Below the pieces are notes generated by a model. The model was not told the origin of the DNA and made no database searches. It saw nothing but the letters and a program-made list of their open reading frames with translations. A stretch of DNA of 64,000 nucleotides, taken from NCBI GenBank assembly GCA_030390025.1, contig CM059425.1, positions 174,408,001-174,472,000 on the forward strand. The letters are read 5' to 3'. Positions within the stretch are counted from its first letter, which is position 1. Each line of letters begins with the position of its first letter. Shown here one piece after another: positions 23,754-36,838 of this stretch. This DNA comes from Squalus acanthias (Eukaryota). The translations under genes and the position numbers were made by a program.

Positions 23754-25824
23754 GACCCAAACTAATTGCCTGTATGAAGCGTATTCTGTGAATTATCAGC
23801 CCAGCCACAAAGTTGAGGATATCCTACCTATGGAACACTGACAAATTTCTCCAACATGCTACTTTAATCTCTTTTCTATTAGTCATGAGGTCATGGCATG
23901 TGACTTCTGTGTACACTTCCTCAATCACAACAATCTAAGTCAATATTCTCTCCAGCTGGTATTTGACAGTAACCTTTTAAAATTCTTAAATGGATCATTT
24001 CTGTGATCCTCAGTAAGAAGTTAAAGCCAGTTTTTAAAAATATATTTATTAAAGTCAGTGACTTCAATAGCTGAGTAGACTTCTTTCAGTATTGAGCAGT
24101 AAGATAAGGCTAACAAATTTTGAACTTTGGAATCTAGCTGTGCTTGAACATGTGAGATCTATTAGAAACATTAAAGTCCAATACAACAAATTAGTCAGTA
24201 GCATAATACAAATGAAACTTTCCAAAGACGTAGAGATGAATTTCTGAATGTTCCAGTGCAAGCATGTATCACAATCTGTACTACAACTCCAAGTAACCAA
24301 CAGTAACAATTATTACTGCAGCTCTGTTTGTCAGTTTCACAGTTCATCCAGAATTTAGATTTAACAAAATGCCAACACTGGGGAATTGGTGCAGAGCTGT
24401 ACGACTGTACACGTATAGGATTGAACTACTATATTCTCAGGGAAGGGATGAAAAAAATATGGGATAAGATACTCTGGGTTCAGGAAGAAGACTAAAAAAG
24501 GTGCAACAAAGCTTTCATTTGTGGTGACTTTGCAACAGATCTTAATTAATGTTCCTACAAATACGTGAATTCCACAGGAACTCAAAGCCAAATAAAAATA
24601 TAGGCAGAAAACTGGTAATCTATGGGAACAAATTGGTGCCTTAACAATACTAAAAGCAAAGATTCAGAAAGCAGAAAAGTGGCTGCAGGGGAAATACAAT
24701 AGACACTTGCTGCAACATACAGCTTAGGAGCCAGACAAATAATATTTTTATGAGGAAAATATTTAAATTGTAATAAGCATTTTGTGATATTGTTAAACAA
24801 AAGTAGCTAAATTTCTTCACTGCAATTTCGCATTCAATATTAGTAGTAGATTCTAAAGGCCTAAAGTACTATGTTGCTGAACAATGAGCCACACAGAAAC
24901 TGGCCAAGATTGGTGAAATGCTTACAGTTATATAAATAAAAAGTTCCATGGTTCTTGATCAAAAAATTGTTTACACAGCATTTGACTATTCTTTCAACGT
25001 GAAGCAATACTAGCAGTAATATCTTTATCAGAAAATTAAATCCTTTAATGTCCCGGTCAACTATCAGAACTGTTATTTTTAAATCAGAGGAACATTTAAA
25101 ATCCAATCAACACTAGTTCTAGAATCAAGGGAGCAAAATCTCTGGAGAGAAAAGACATAGGCTCCTAAAATCTGCAGTGGGTGAGAAGGGCTGTGGATTT
25201 TCAGGGCCATTGTGTACTCTGCCATTACATATCACATCCAAGAGAATAGTACAGAGAAGATTTCTGTAAAAAGGTGAATACATTGCATCTTAAACAGGCA
25301 AAAGAAAAAAGCTTTGTTTCCGAAGTGTAAGGTGCAAGACTGGTAATGTTATGTAAGGGTTGTATGCATTGCATTGCTCGCAGTGTTTGAAATATGAGAA
25401 AGACAGAGATTTATTTGTAGATACATATAGACACGATAAACCAGAAAGACAGGTTCCAACTTGGTGTAGAATTGAATATTAGCACAAGATCAGTGGTGAT
25501 TGACCGATGGAAATTGTATAAGAATGGAACAAGAATGGTGAAGTAAAGAGCAAAGAACACAACGGTAAAGTGTGAGTGACAGCACTGAGAGAGTCGCAGT
25601 GGAATGACCATTTTCATATTGCTCAGTCAGTAGACCACATGCAGGAATTTGAAGGCGAACTGGACCACCCGCTAAAAAGATTAGCGACTACCCAGAAATA
25701 TTATCACGACTGAGAGATCTGCTATAGAAACTACTAATAATCTGTAATTTTAATAGAATTAAAACAGTTGTATTTTACACAACATTTGTAATTGTCTTGA
25801 AAGGGTTTGTTTTCAGAATAAAAA

Positions 25825-26190
25825 GAAAGGACTTCCATTTACAGCATGTTCATCAGATGTCCCAAACCACTTCAAATCCAAAGAATTTCTTTTGAATTAC
25901 AGTCATTTGTCAGGTAAGCAAATGTGGCAGCCAATTGTGCACAGCAAAGTTCCACAATGCTATAAAATTCCAGTTATTTTATTTTTAAGTCATGTTGACT
26001 GAGGGAGAAATATGAACCAGAGCACCAATAGAATTCCATGGTTTTCTTCAAATACTATCATGGGGTCTTTTACATTCATCTGCACAGGCAGATAGAGCCT
26101 TAGTTTAACACCTCATCCGAAAGCAGCACCTATGATAATGCAGCATTCTCTTAGCACTGAACTGAAGTGTCAGCCCAGATTATGTGCTTT
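25825..26190 (-). mobile_element. Degenerate DeuSINE (SacSINE1/AmnSINE-like)
   Basis: Homologous to 43300-43722 (cttcaaata.t..catggg.tcttttacat...catccgaaag.agcacct...gcactgaa.tgaagtgtcagc). Confidence 0.7.
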
Positions 26191-26668
26191 ATTTTAGGAA
26201 TAAAATTAGTAATGGATTCACACAACTGACCACGAAGAAGAACTCACCACCAACAGAAAATAGCAAGGAAGATAAATGCTGAAGGAATGGTGTTAGTTTA
26301 TCTTCTTTAAACAACAATCCTCAGCAGTTAATCTCTGCACTGCACCTTTATGAAATTTTGTTCAATTGGTCGACCCATATAAATTGTCAGAATGCAATTT
26401 TAATATGGAGCAGTTAAAAGGCAGAGTAGGCATGAAACAACATGACTTGTCTTAGTATTACATTGTTTTTCCTTCAGATTTTTACATAAATTATATTGGC
26501 ATAGTGCGTTGTCTTCTGGCAATGTACATCAGGAATTTGGGCTGGAAGGTTCTAATGCACCAGCTGACTGTCATGACAAATTCCCAAATTTGTGTTCCCA
26601 GCAGATGAAACTCAGGCTAGGATTGCAAATGCTTAAAGTTACCTTGCTGTGCTACCAAAAAAGATCTG

Positions 26669-28076
26669 GGGGGCGATTTTCTGCTGTCGGAGGAGGCGGG
26701 TTTGGAGGCAGGAAGATCAGATTCAATGAGGGCGAGTTTGGAACCCACCTCCAATCCACCTCAACGGGATTTTGCCGGTGCCAGTTTTGGAGGTCGGGAA
26801 ACGGTCCCGCCTCCAGCTGGCCGTAGCAATACTTGTGATCATTAAATGATCGTTAAGGGCCTCTCTAAGCCTATTTTGAGAGGCCCTCATGATTTTGAGG
26901 ATTTCGGCGTGCTCCACACACCTCCTAAACCACACCAGGGAAACCTGCCGGGTTGACTCGTGGGTGGCCTCCTCACAGCTGCAGGTCTAACAAAACATCG
27001 TTTATTGCATCAAGGATTACTTGCAGGTGCCAGCCCTTGGCTTAAAAAGGTCTCTGAGCACTTTTAGAAGGCCTTCCGAAGTCGGGGGTGCTGCAGCTTG
27101 AATCAATCAACTGTGGGACCTCCTTGGAAGACCCTCTCCCCGCTTGCAATGAGCGCTTCCCCAAAGGAGGCATCTGCAAGCAGCATGGGAACCATTCGTT
27201 TTCTTTCTGCATGGACCTCAGATGAGGATGAGGAGGAGGCTGAGGAGGAGGAGGAGGATCTGGAGGAGGAGGAGGAGCAGGAGGAGGTCAGAGCGCTGGT
27301 GTATTGACCAGCGGCAGTGGCAGCATGCGAGCACATGGCTGCTCGGGATGCAAGGGATGAACTTATCCTGGCCAGATTTGCATAGGTTGCCCAAGTTGGC
27401 ACATGTCCTTGGTTCCATCCTAGGACATCATTGACAATGGACATGACTCTCTGGCCTCCTTTCACTCAGGCCACCAACCTGACAACGCAAGTGTGGCGGA
27501 GCCCGCAATGTGGAGCTGCCTAAGGCGAAAGAACAGATGCCATAACGCCAACATTTTGGCTTCAAATCATTTTAATGCTTTCCAACAGGGATAGCATTTC
27601 ATAAATAGACATAAACATTCTCCCAATCTGCACACAGATCTGGAGGTTATATCCCTTGCCAGCTGTACCCACAGAGGTTTCTTTGGCCTCTTCCTCCCAG
27701 ATGAGTGGAAGAGCACCTCCATGCTAGCGGTCAGCCCCTCAAACAACATTTGCAGCGCCTCATCCGAGAGCCTCGGGGAGGCCCTTGCCTTGGAATTAGA
27801 CATAGTGGTTTCTCAAAATATGTTGCAGGTGGTGCAGCATAGGCAGAAATGCTGTGGAATGAGCCAAGGGAGCAAGAAGCCATAAAATCAGACTGGAAAA
27901 GTGCTGTCAACAGAGGTGGGTTTCAGTCCCAAAACACTAATTGACCAAGGGCATCCCACACCTCCGAAATCAAGTGGCCAATCATGGGAAAATCTCAATT
28001 TTTTGAAAACTATCAGTGGAGGCGTGTTTCAAACCCACCCAAACCGAAATCTGCCTCCAGTGGGAAAATCGGCCCC
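26669..28076. mobile_element. Internally deleted PIF/Harbinger transposon
   Basis: 13-bp TIR GGGG(G/C)CGATTTTC with one mismatch; CTG 3-bp TSD (26666-68, 28077-79); minus-strand Myb/SANT remnant MSNSKARASPRLSDEALQMLFEG...LFHSSGRKRP; acidic GAG tract on plus. Confidence 0.82.
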
Positions 28077-28189
28077 CTGGTTTTACATCATTTTTTAAAT
28101 TCCAGAATTTGAACTTTGAAATTGCAAAGGGAAAACTAAGATGTATTAGATTAAAAGTTATAGTCCAGCATTTCACACAGGTGGGAATT

Positions 28190-28690
28190 ACTTGCATTAG
28201 AGGCAGTTCAGAGGAGGTTCACGAGGTTGATTCCGGAGATGAAGGGGTTGTCTTATGAAGAAAGGTTGAGCAGGTTGGGCCTATACTCATTGGAGTTTAG
28301 AAAACTGAGAGGGGATCTTATTGAAACATATAAGATTCTGAAGGGGCTTCACAGGGTAGATGCAGAGAGGATATTTCCCCTCGTGGGGGAATCTAGAACT
28401 AGGGGGCATAATTTCAGAATAAGGGGGCACCCTTTTAAATCGGAAATGAGGAGGAATTTCTTCTCTCAGAGGGTCGTGAATCTTTGGAATTCTCTTCCCC
28501 AGAGAGCTGTGGAGGCTGGGTCACTGAATATATTTAAGGTGGAGATAGACAGATTTTTGAAAGGAAAGGGAGTCACGGGTTATGGGGAGCAGGCAGGGAA
28601 GTGGAGTTGAGGCCAAGATCAGTCAGCCATGATCTTATTGAATGGCGGAGCAGGCTCGAGGGGCCAAATGACCTACTCCTGCTCCTACGT
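28190..28690 (+). mobile_element. CR1 3' fragment
   Basis: GLSYEERLSRLGLYSLEFRKLRGDLIE...WNSLPQ and a CR1 3' UTR. Confidence 0.93.
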
Positions 28691-28974
28691 CATTAAAGCA
28701 CTTTACACAGTTTTACAGCAGTACGTGCACATCACTTATCACTCATCCAGTAATATTGCATATTCTGTTACTGTTGACAGTAAATTAATGCACCCAATGT
28801 GATAATACTTAAAAACATTTTAAGTATAATTTAAACAAGCAAGAATTAAATATTTGATCTATGCAAATGCATGTGGCTCTATGCGTTGGTACTGATCAAA
28901 GGTGGAAAATGTTACCAAAGCAAAAACATAAAGATAACTACTTTTCTAGAAGTTGAACTTTTTATATAATTGAG

Positions 28975-29380
28975 AAGACTGAAGCTATCACCTTCAGCCC
29001 CTGCCACAAACTCTGTATCCTTGCCACTAATTCCATCCCCCTCCCCTGCCATTGTCCTAGGTTGAACCAGACTGCTTCCAAATTTACCATCCTGTTCAAC
29101 TCTGAGCCGAGCTTCCAACCTGTGCCCTCTCCATCACAAAAAACGGCTACTTCCCTCTCCGTAAAATCACCCGCCTCCTCCAATACCTCAGCCCATCTGC
29201 TGCTGAAATCCTCATCTATGCTTTTGTCTACGTTAAAGGCGCTATACAAATGCAAGTTGTTGTCCCCTCCAGACTCAACTATCCCAATACAGCTCGGCTG
29301 GCCTCCCATCCTCCATAAACTTCAGCTCACCCAAACTTCTACCCCTATCTTATCCCACACCAAGTCCAGCTCACCAATCC
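28975..29380 (+). mobile_element. Degenerate, rearranged L2 fragment
   Basis: Homologous to 19530-19870; an L2 tail piece (taaaggcgctatacaaatgcaagttgttg) lies internally. Confidence 0.7.
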
Positions 29381-29830
29381 CCCCAGGTGCAAAGCAGCCA
29401 CTTAAGGACCCAAAATGGCAGGCAGGATGCATGCGCACATTCCTGACTGGAAGTGCGCAACCCGCTAATTTGGTGCAGGAGGTTGCGCTTGCATCAGGAG
29501 CACACACCGGCAGGATTTGAAGCAGCCAGAAAATTATGCAGATGAAGGTCATGTGCTGCGTGCAGAGCACAAGCATTATTTTGGACCACCAACTTGGCCG
29601 CTACATGCTGACCTCGCTCAACACAACGTGACGCTAACCGGCATGAAGGCCACCTCGCCAGCACTATTTAAAGGGATCCTGCAGTACTTACAGATTAATT
29701 GCTGGTTTACTACTTCTGGCTACTGTTTGACTTCTAGGTGTTTTTTGCTGAGTTCTAGTACTCTTCAGAGTTCACATTGTCTGAATAGAGTGAGGTTTGG
29801 CTGCTTTTGCAGTCCTGTTGTTGCTACGTT
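29380..29830 (+). mobile_element. Harbinger-like 5' non-coding fragment
   Basis: cagcactatttaaagggatc block and its context resemble 32400-32560. Confidence 0.45.
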
Positions 29831-29835
29831 GAATT

Positions 29836-30045
29836 ACATAGAATATACAGCACAGAAACAGGCCATCCGGCCCAATCAGTCCATACCGGTATTTATGCTC
29901 CACTCGAGTCTCCTCCCATCCATTCTCATCTAACTCTATTAGCATAACCCTCTATTCCCTTCTCCCTCAAATGCTTATCTAGCTTTCCCTTTAATGCATC
30001 TATACTATTCACCTCAACTACTCCCTGTGGTAGCGAGCTCCACAA
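29836..30045 (-). mobile_element. CR1 3' end
   Basis: Reverse complement of the 58470-58579/61751-61822 type tail. Confidence 0.85.
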
Positions 30046-30179
30046 ATTTGATTGCCCCACAAATTGTCTAGCTTCAAACATGAGTGTTCTGGTATGGCTG
30101 TCTTTGGGTATAAAGTACGATTAGAAGCACCAAAGAAGATACCACAGAGCAGGACAGGCTGCCAGAAGAGTGAGGAGGA

Positions 30180-31790
30180 GAGAAAAAAATAGTACTGGAG
30201 AAATTAATGGGACTGAAAGCCGATAAATCCCTGATGGCCTACATCCTAGGGTTTTGAAAGAGGTGGCTACAGAGATAATGGATGCATTGGTTGTCATTTT
30301 CCAGAATTCCATAGATTCTAGAACGGTTCCTGCAGATTGGAAGGTATTAAATGTAACCCCACTATTTAAGAAAGGAGGGAGAGAGAAAACGGGGAACTAC
30401 AGACCAGTTAGCCTGACATCAGTAGTAGGGAAAATGCTGGAATCTATTATTAAGGATGTGGTAACTGGGCACTTAGAAAATAATAAAAGAATTGGGCAGA
30501 GTCAACATGGATTTATGAAAGGAAAATAGTGTTTGACGAATCTGTTACAGTTTTTTGAGGTTGTAACTAGCAGAATAGATAAGGGGGAAAGAGTGGATGT
30601 GGTGTATTTGGATTTTCAGAAGGCATTCGATAAAGTGCCACAAAAGAGGTTATTGAACAAAATTAGGGCTCATGGGACTGGGGTTAATATGCTAGCATGG
30701 ATTGAGGATTGGTCAATGGACAGAAACAGAGATAAGAAATAACGGCTCATTTTCGGGTTGGCAGGCTATAACTACTGGGGTACCGCAAGGATCAGTGCTT
30801 GGGCCTCAGCTTTTCACAAATTACATCAATGATTTGGATGAGGGGACCAAATGTAATATATCCAAGTTTGCGGATGATACAAAGCTGGGTGGGAATGCAA
30901 GTTGTGAGGAGGATGCAAGGAGGCTTCAAGGGGATATAGACGAGCTAAGTGAATGGGCAAGAACCTGGCAAATGGAATATAATGTGGAGAAATATGAAGT
31001 TATCCACTATGGCAGGAAAAATAGAAAAGCAGAGTATTTTGTAAACGGTGAGAGATTGGGAAATGTTGGTGTTCAGAGGGACCTGGGTGTCCTTGTACAC
31101 AAATCACTAAAAGTTAACATGCAGATACAGCAAGCAATTAGGAAAGCAAATGGTATGTTGGCCTTTATTACAAGAGGATTTGAGTATAAGAGTAAAGACA
31201 TCTTACTGCAATTATATAGGGCCCCGGTGAGACCACACCTGGAGTATTGTGTACAGTTTTGGTCTCCTTACCTAAGGAAGGATATACTTGCCATACAGGG
31301 AGTGCAATGAAGGTTCACCAGACTGGTTCCTGGGATGGGGGCATTGTCCCATGAGGACAGATTGAGTAGACTAGGCCTATGTTCTCCAGAGTTTAGAAGA
31401 ATGAGAGGTGATCTCATTGAAACATTCAAAATTCTTACAGGGCTTGACAGGGTAGATGCAGGGAGGATGTTTCCCCTGGCTGGGGAGTCTAGAACCAGGG
31501 ATCACAGTCTCAGAATAAGGGGTCGGCCATTTAGGACTGAGATGAGGAGAAATTTCTTCACTCAGAGGGTGGTGAATCTTTGGAATTCTCTACAACAGAG
31601 GGCTGTGGAGGCTCAGTCGTTGAGTATATTCAAGACAGAGATCGATAGATTTTTGAATATTAATGGAATCAAGGGATATGGAGATAGTGCAGGAAAGTGG
31701 AGATGAGGTAGAAGATCAGCCATGATCTTACTGAATGGCGTAGCAGGCTCGAAGGGCCAAATGGCCTACTCCTGCTCCCATTTCTTATGT
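30180..31790 (+). mobile_element. CR1 RT region + 3' UTR
   Basis: NYRPVSLTS, YLDFQKAFDKVP, GVPQGSVLGP, KFADDTKL. Confidence 0.95.
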
Positions 31791-32667
31791 CCAAAGTATG
31801 TGCCTCAATTTGGTGAGAGTGCTTATTCTGTCCGCCATCCATAAAGAGAGGAGAACTCACATTGTTAGTTGCTTGTGAGTATACGGTTTTCTTCACATGC
31901 GAAATAAACATATTTAGCAATTTCCTCAGCAGTATCCTCTACTTGCCACTCATGCAGGGAAACAGACAATTAAATTAATTTTTGTAACTCAATGATTGAC
32001 ATTTGTATAATTTTTCAACTGTGGGGTGTAAATATTTTCCTTTACATCACTGAGCTACCTCATTTAATACTCCAAAATGATATATGAATGTATTTTAATA
32101 ATTCATCACAGCTGTAATCCAAATTTCAACTCCATGAATGACTGACTCTAATTGCAAGATTAAGGCCTAGAAATTCAGCGGTTTAGCGGGGACCGTTAAG
32201 GCTCATTTTCATGAAAAAATGGCTGTCAACATGCTTCCGCCCGCTACCGAAGGGTCCAGCAGTGGCCGCCATTTTCAGCACGTCGGCAGTGCTGCCGTTG
32301 TTGGCGCTCGCTAGAGAAATGGAAATGAGGCAGATCATGATGTCAATGAGCGTGCAACGCTGATTTGACGCACGATCTGCTATTTTCAACATCGCCGCTC
32401 AACTTACCGCCCTCTCCTAATCACAACCAGCTGACCAAGCGTTCAGCAGCAGGAAAGAGCCCCCAGCAGCGCTATTTAAAGGGATCATCAACAACAGCTT
32501 GCAGCTGACATGGTTTCTCAGTTTTACTGGCTCTGTCTATGTTTCTGCAACTCTTGGAGCTTTCTAAACTTGTTTAAAGTTGCTGGGGTCACAGGGAGTG
32601 TTGGTGCAAGTGAAGAACACTTTGATTCTCATTGAAAGGCTTCTGCTCACACCACTTGCTCACAGTC

Positions 32668-33600
32668 ATGGGGGCTCTACATTCAGTCCCCCTCACACTC
32701 AAGTATCTTCGGGAGAGGAAGCGGAGGCAGAAGACGAGAAGATGCTCGCAGTGGGAGAAGGAAGGCCAGGAGGGCTCTCAGCAGGAGGCCTTACCCACCT
32801 AGGGTCTTCTGAGAGCACTTCTCTTACCTCCACTTAAGCAAGGAGCAGTGTATTTGGAGGCTCCTCTTCACCAAGGAGATGGTCACAGAACTCTGCCACC
32901 TCCTGCAACCAGACCTACAACCTCAGAGCAGGGGAACCACGACTCTCCCTGTGGCCCTCAATTTCTTCGCCAGCGTATTCATCCAGTCTGCAGCACGACA
33001 CATAGCTAACATCTCCCAGTTTGCCGTCATTGCTGCATCTGGGAGGTCGCAGAGGCTCTCTACTCCAGAAGAGACTTCATTGTCTTGTTTCTAAACAGAC
33101 AGGAGCAGGACGAGCACGCATGTGGCTTTGCCAGGATAGCGGGCTTCCCCATGGTGCAGGGCGCCATCAACTGCACACACATGGCTTTGCGGGCACCGTA
33201 TACCAATCCGTAACCACAAAGGTTGCCACGGACTTAACGTGCAGTTGTTGTGCAACCTTGCCTAGTCCATCACGATGGTGAATGCCCGCTATCCTGGCAG
33301 CAGACATGAAGCCTTCATCCTGCGCCCGAGGGTGGCTGCTCGGAGGCAAGGGTTTTCTGCTCTGCATCTGGCTGATGACTCCACTCCACAACCTCACCAC
33401 TTGTGCAACGGTTGCATTGCCTTGACTGCTTGGAGCCCTCCAGTACTTGCCTTAGCGGGTGTCCAATGGAGGATGGGAGATGGGAGATGGAGACGGAGGA
33501 GGAGGAGCAGTAGTAGTAGCAGGAGGAGGAGTCGTCGTCGTCGTCCCTGTTCTGGCCGGGCTGTCCATGTAAGCCTCATCAGAGTGAATGAAATCCCAGA
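32668..33600 (+). pseudogene. Harbinger (HARBI1-like DDE) transposase remnant
   Basis: YPPRVF*EHFSYLHLSKEQC..RLLFTKE, LNFFAS, AGFPMVQGAINCTH, VNARYPGSRHEAFIL, GWLLGGKG; expected catalytic Asp positions are altered; deletions. Confidence 0.85.
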
Positions 33601-33779
33601 TTCCCGTTGCTCACCACTTCCCCATCATACCATCCCTATCACGGAACATCACAGTGTCCTCCTGGGCACAAAGCTCAAATGAGAGCCACCACAAAACACA
33701 CATTCCACACAAAAATAATGAATTTATCCAAAAGCAATCAAAATGACAATATCAACTATTCGCCTGTGTGCATTCCCTT

Positions 33780-35638
33780 AGTGTCTATCTTTCGTGTGCC
33801 TTTACCTACTCAAGTGCTCCTACGAAGTGCTTCCCCAGTGGCTGCAGCATGGCTGGTGGAAGGCTGCTGAATTTCAGTGGGCGAGACTACAGAACGCCTT
33901 GCAGAACGACCTCGACCAGCTGTGGACCTAGAAGGCCCAGCTGTAGACTGCACCACCTCAGCAAGGGTGGCAGCAGTCTGGGCTGGCTGGCTGATAGGCA
34001 GCCGCAAGGGCAATGGCGGAGTGGCAGTGGTGGAAGTAGGAATGCTGTCATCCTGAGAGGACAGCAGGTTGTTGCTCCACAGACCCACTGCCACTCCCAC
34101 GGGGCGGCGCCTCACCATTCCTAGCAATCTGTTGGAGGACAGATTGCTGGCCTGCTGCAAGCCCCTTTCGAGACTCATAAACCCAGCAACGATGGCAGCA
34201 GTCTGAGCTTGGGTGGCAGTAAGCTGAGCTTGCAGGAGAGCAGTCTAAGCTTCCACTGAAGTACTGAGACGTTGGGTCGCTTCCGCCTGTGCTGCAATGG
34301 AAACCACGACATCACCCAACACACGCAGCATCATGGTTGGGTCGACAAGGTCTCTCCTGGAGTTGTCTATCATTTCCATCCTGGAAATCATGGGCTCCAA
34401 GCTCTATGCAAAGCCCTGTCCAATGTTGGAGCCAGACTCCTGCATTCTCCTTGACAATGATAAGAGGCTCTCTGTCAGGTTTGCCATTGCACCTAGCATT
34501 TCCATGTGCATGCCCATCACCCTTCTTCTGAAGGCCGCCCCATCAAGGTCATCATCTGAGTCCTGTGCTGCAGAACCCGTGCATGAACTCGCCCTCTGGG
34601 GAGCTGGCACCCGAGCTACTCTTTCCCCCTGGCTTGGCTGCAGCCCACTTGTGCCCGGTGACTCACCCTGTGCAGATCCCGCCTCTAGACTACCCTCTAA
34701 ATTCCGCGCAGTGCCATTTTCTGAGCTGGTGGCTGCAAGTGTCAGATGCAGTGCTGATATCTCCTCCTCTTCTTCTTGTTTGTCTCCTCCTTCAGTTTGC
34801 TCAACATGAGGGACAGGCTGGCCTGCTGGCAGTTCTTGGGTATCTGAAAGCAGAAAGGCACAAGAGCCGGGTTGTGGTGGTTGGGGCAGGGGGGAAGCAA
34901 GATATCCATTCATACACCATCAGCAGCTTGTAAGTGAGAAGAGATTGTAGGATGAGGGTGAAGTGGGATGTGAGAAGAAGGATTAGGTATGACCATACGG
35001 TCAGCATCAGCAACGGCTTCAACTTCTCCACTGGCCACGGACTCAGTCACTGCTCCTCCAATAATTTTAAGCACCAATTCCTCCATGTCGGTTAGGTTCT
35101 TTATTGCGGCTTGGCAGCTTCCCGTCTGCCATTTCTCCCTCCTGTTATGTGCCACCTTTGCCTGCAAGAGAAAGGGAAGTATGTCAGTGAGTGTAGTGCA
35201 ATGTGTTTGGGTGATGTGCCTGCAATAGGTGCAAGGTGTGAGATGTGGCTGTAAGTGTTGCAGCAGTGGTAAGGTTGTGAGCATGAAATGGTGATAGCTA
35301 GAGATTGTTGGGAAGTGAGTGATGTGGGTGTGGTACATTGAGCAGTGTGAAGTTTGTGGTGCAGATGGTGGGACATGCCATTTGCTGAAGCCTTCACTCA
35401 CCTTGACCTGCCGTGTGAGGTCATTAAACCTTTTTCGGCACTGGATCCAGGTCCTGGGATCACACTGGTGGCATGACGGAGTTGGCAATTTCACCCACAA
35501 CCTTCTGCAAATGGCCTTGAGTGGCCTCTTGCCACCCTCCGGGTACAGGACAGCCCACCTTCGTTGCATGGCCAGGACCAAGGCCTCCAATGCAGCATCT
35601 GAAAACCTTCTTGCTTGCTCCCTTGGTTGCTGTGCCAT
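33780..35638 (-). pseudogene. Harbinger Myb/SANT-like DNA-binding gene, 3 exons (35402-35638, 34999-35161, from 34843 down)
   Basis: RRFSDAALEALV...LW...RTWIQCRKRFNDL; gtgagt/ctcttgcag and gtatgg/ctgctttcag introns keep the frame; stop at 34404 is probably premature. Confidence 0.85.
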
Positions 35639-36838
35639 GGCTTGCTCTACAATGACAATGAGGTGCTTCGGCAACAAAGCACCTCCCCTTTAAGTAGTGC
35701 AGAGAGCCTAGGTCAAACTTTATTGGCCATTAAGACTGTACCCGATATTGGGCCCCCTCCCATTCAGCGCTAAGCCAATCAGCAGCGCGTTTAGTGCGGA
35801 GATCAGCGCTCCAAACATTATAATGAGCAGGCAGCACGAATTTTGCATGCTACCTGCACCACTTTGAATGGGTGCAGGCAAATAGCGTTGGCCCGTGATA
35901 CCGCCTGTTTTCGGGTCATATCCAATTTCTAGGTCAATATATTTTTAAATTGTTAACTCGGGGAATAAGCACAAAGTGTGAAAACATTACCATCTGTTAG
36001 CACTAAAACTGCATGCCAGTGAAGATAACATTTATACACATTTTTCTAATATTCAGCATGCCAAAAAGTAATTGAGCTAGAAAATTAAATAACTCCATTA
36101 CAATGTCCTTTTGCCTCTGGAACCTGTTCAAATCCAGCACAGACTAATGTGATAAAAGTCGCTTCTTTACTGCCTTTTCTGCAAAAGTCTTATGTAAAAT
36201 AGGCCTAGGTAGTCTCAACCCCATTGCAAGTCAAGATAGGACCCCAGGCCAAAACTGCTCATAAATGAACATATATTGGCACCAAAATGGCAATCAACTG
36301 GTCTGAGAAATTGTACTGATATTACAGTGGAGGATGCCACTGAGGGGTTGTGATTCGGACACAGTAGAGGGAACTTTACTTCCCATATGGATGTGGTATA
36401 ACGTACATGGGAGTGCTTGTTGTTGACATCAGGTATAAAATTGAAACGCATTCTCATCCCCAGAACTGACATCTTCACCTTGCTGAGTGCACTCTTTGCA
36501 GTTATACAGTTCCCTTGAATCACTGGCGAATGTGTCAACCATCCAAGTTTAATGCAGACAGTGAGTACTCTGGGGCCTCTGTCTACACGCTCATGTTCAT
36601 GGACTAAATTCAGTTCAGTTGTGGAAAGGGTGAGCAATAGTCTTGGAGAGGGAGACACTTTTGAAGTGACAGGTAGAGGAACAATGCCAGGAGTATCATT
36701 TGAAAGGGGAGAAAAAAAGAAAAGGATACGTGCTGCATTTGGGAGGGGCGGGGAAAGGAGATTTCAACAACACTTGGAGGTGGGTACTTTGGGGAAGAGA
36801 AGAAAAGAGAGCAGAAGAGATAAGAGAAAAGAGAAGAG

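Larger units (their letters stand above)
32164..35935. mobile_element. Near-complete decayed PIF/Harbinger transposon with convergent transposase and Myb/SANT genes
   Basis: TIR GGCCTAGAAATT...AATTTCTAGGTC; two-gene convergent layout typical of Harbinger. Confidence 0.9.

Noticed and set aside
27098..27465. Poly-Glu / poly-Ser / poly-Arg ORFs
   Set aside because: GAG-rich tract inside the deleted Harbinger element, not a host gene.
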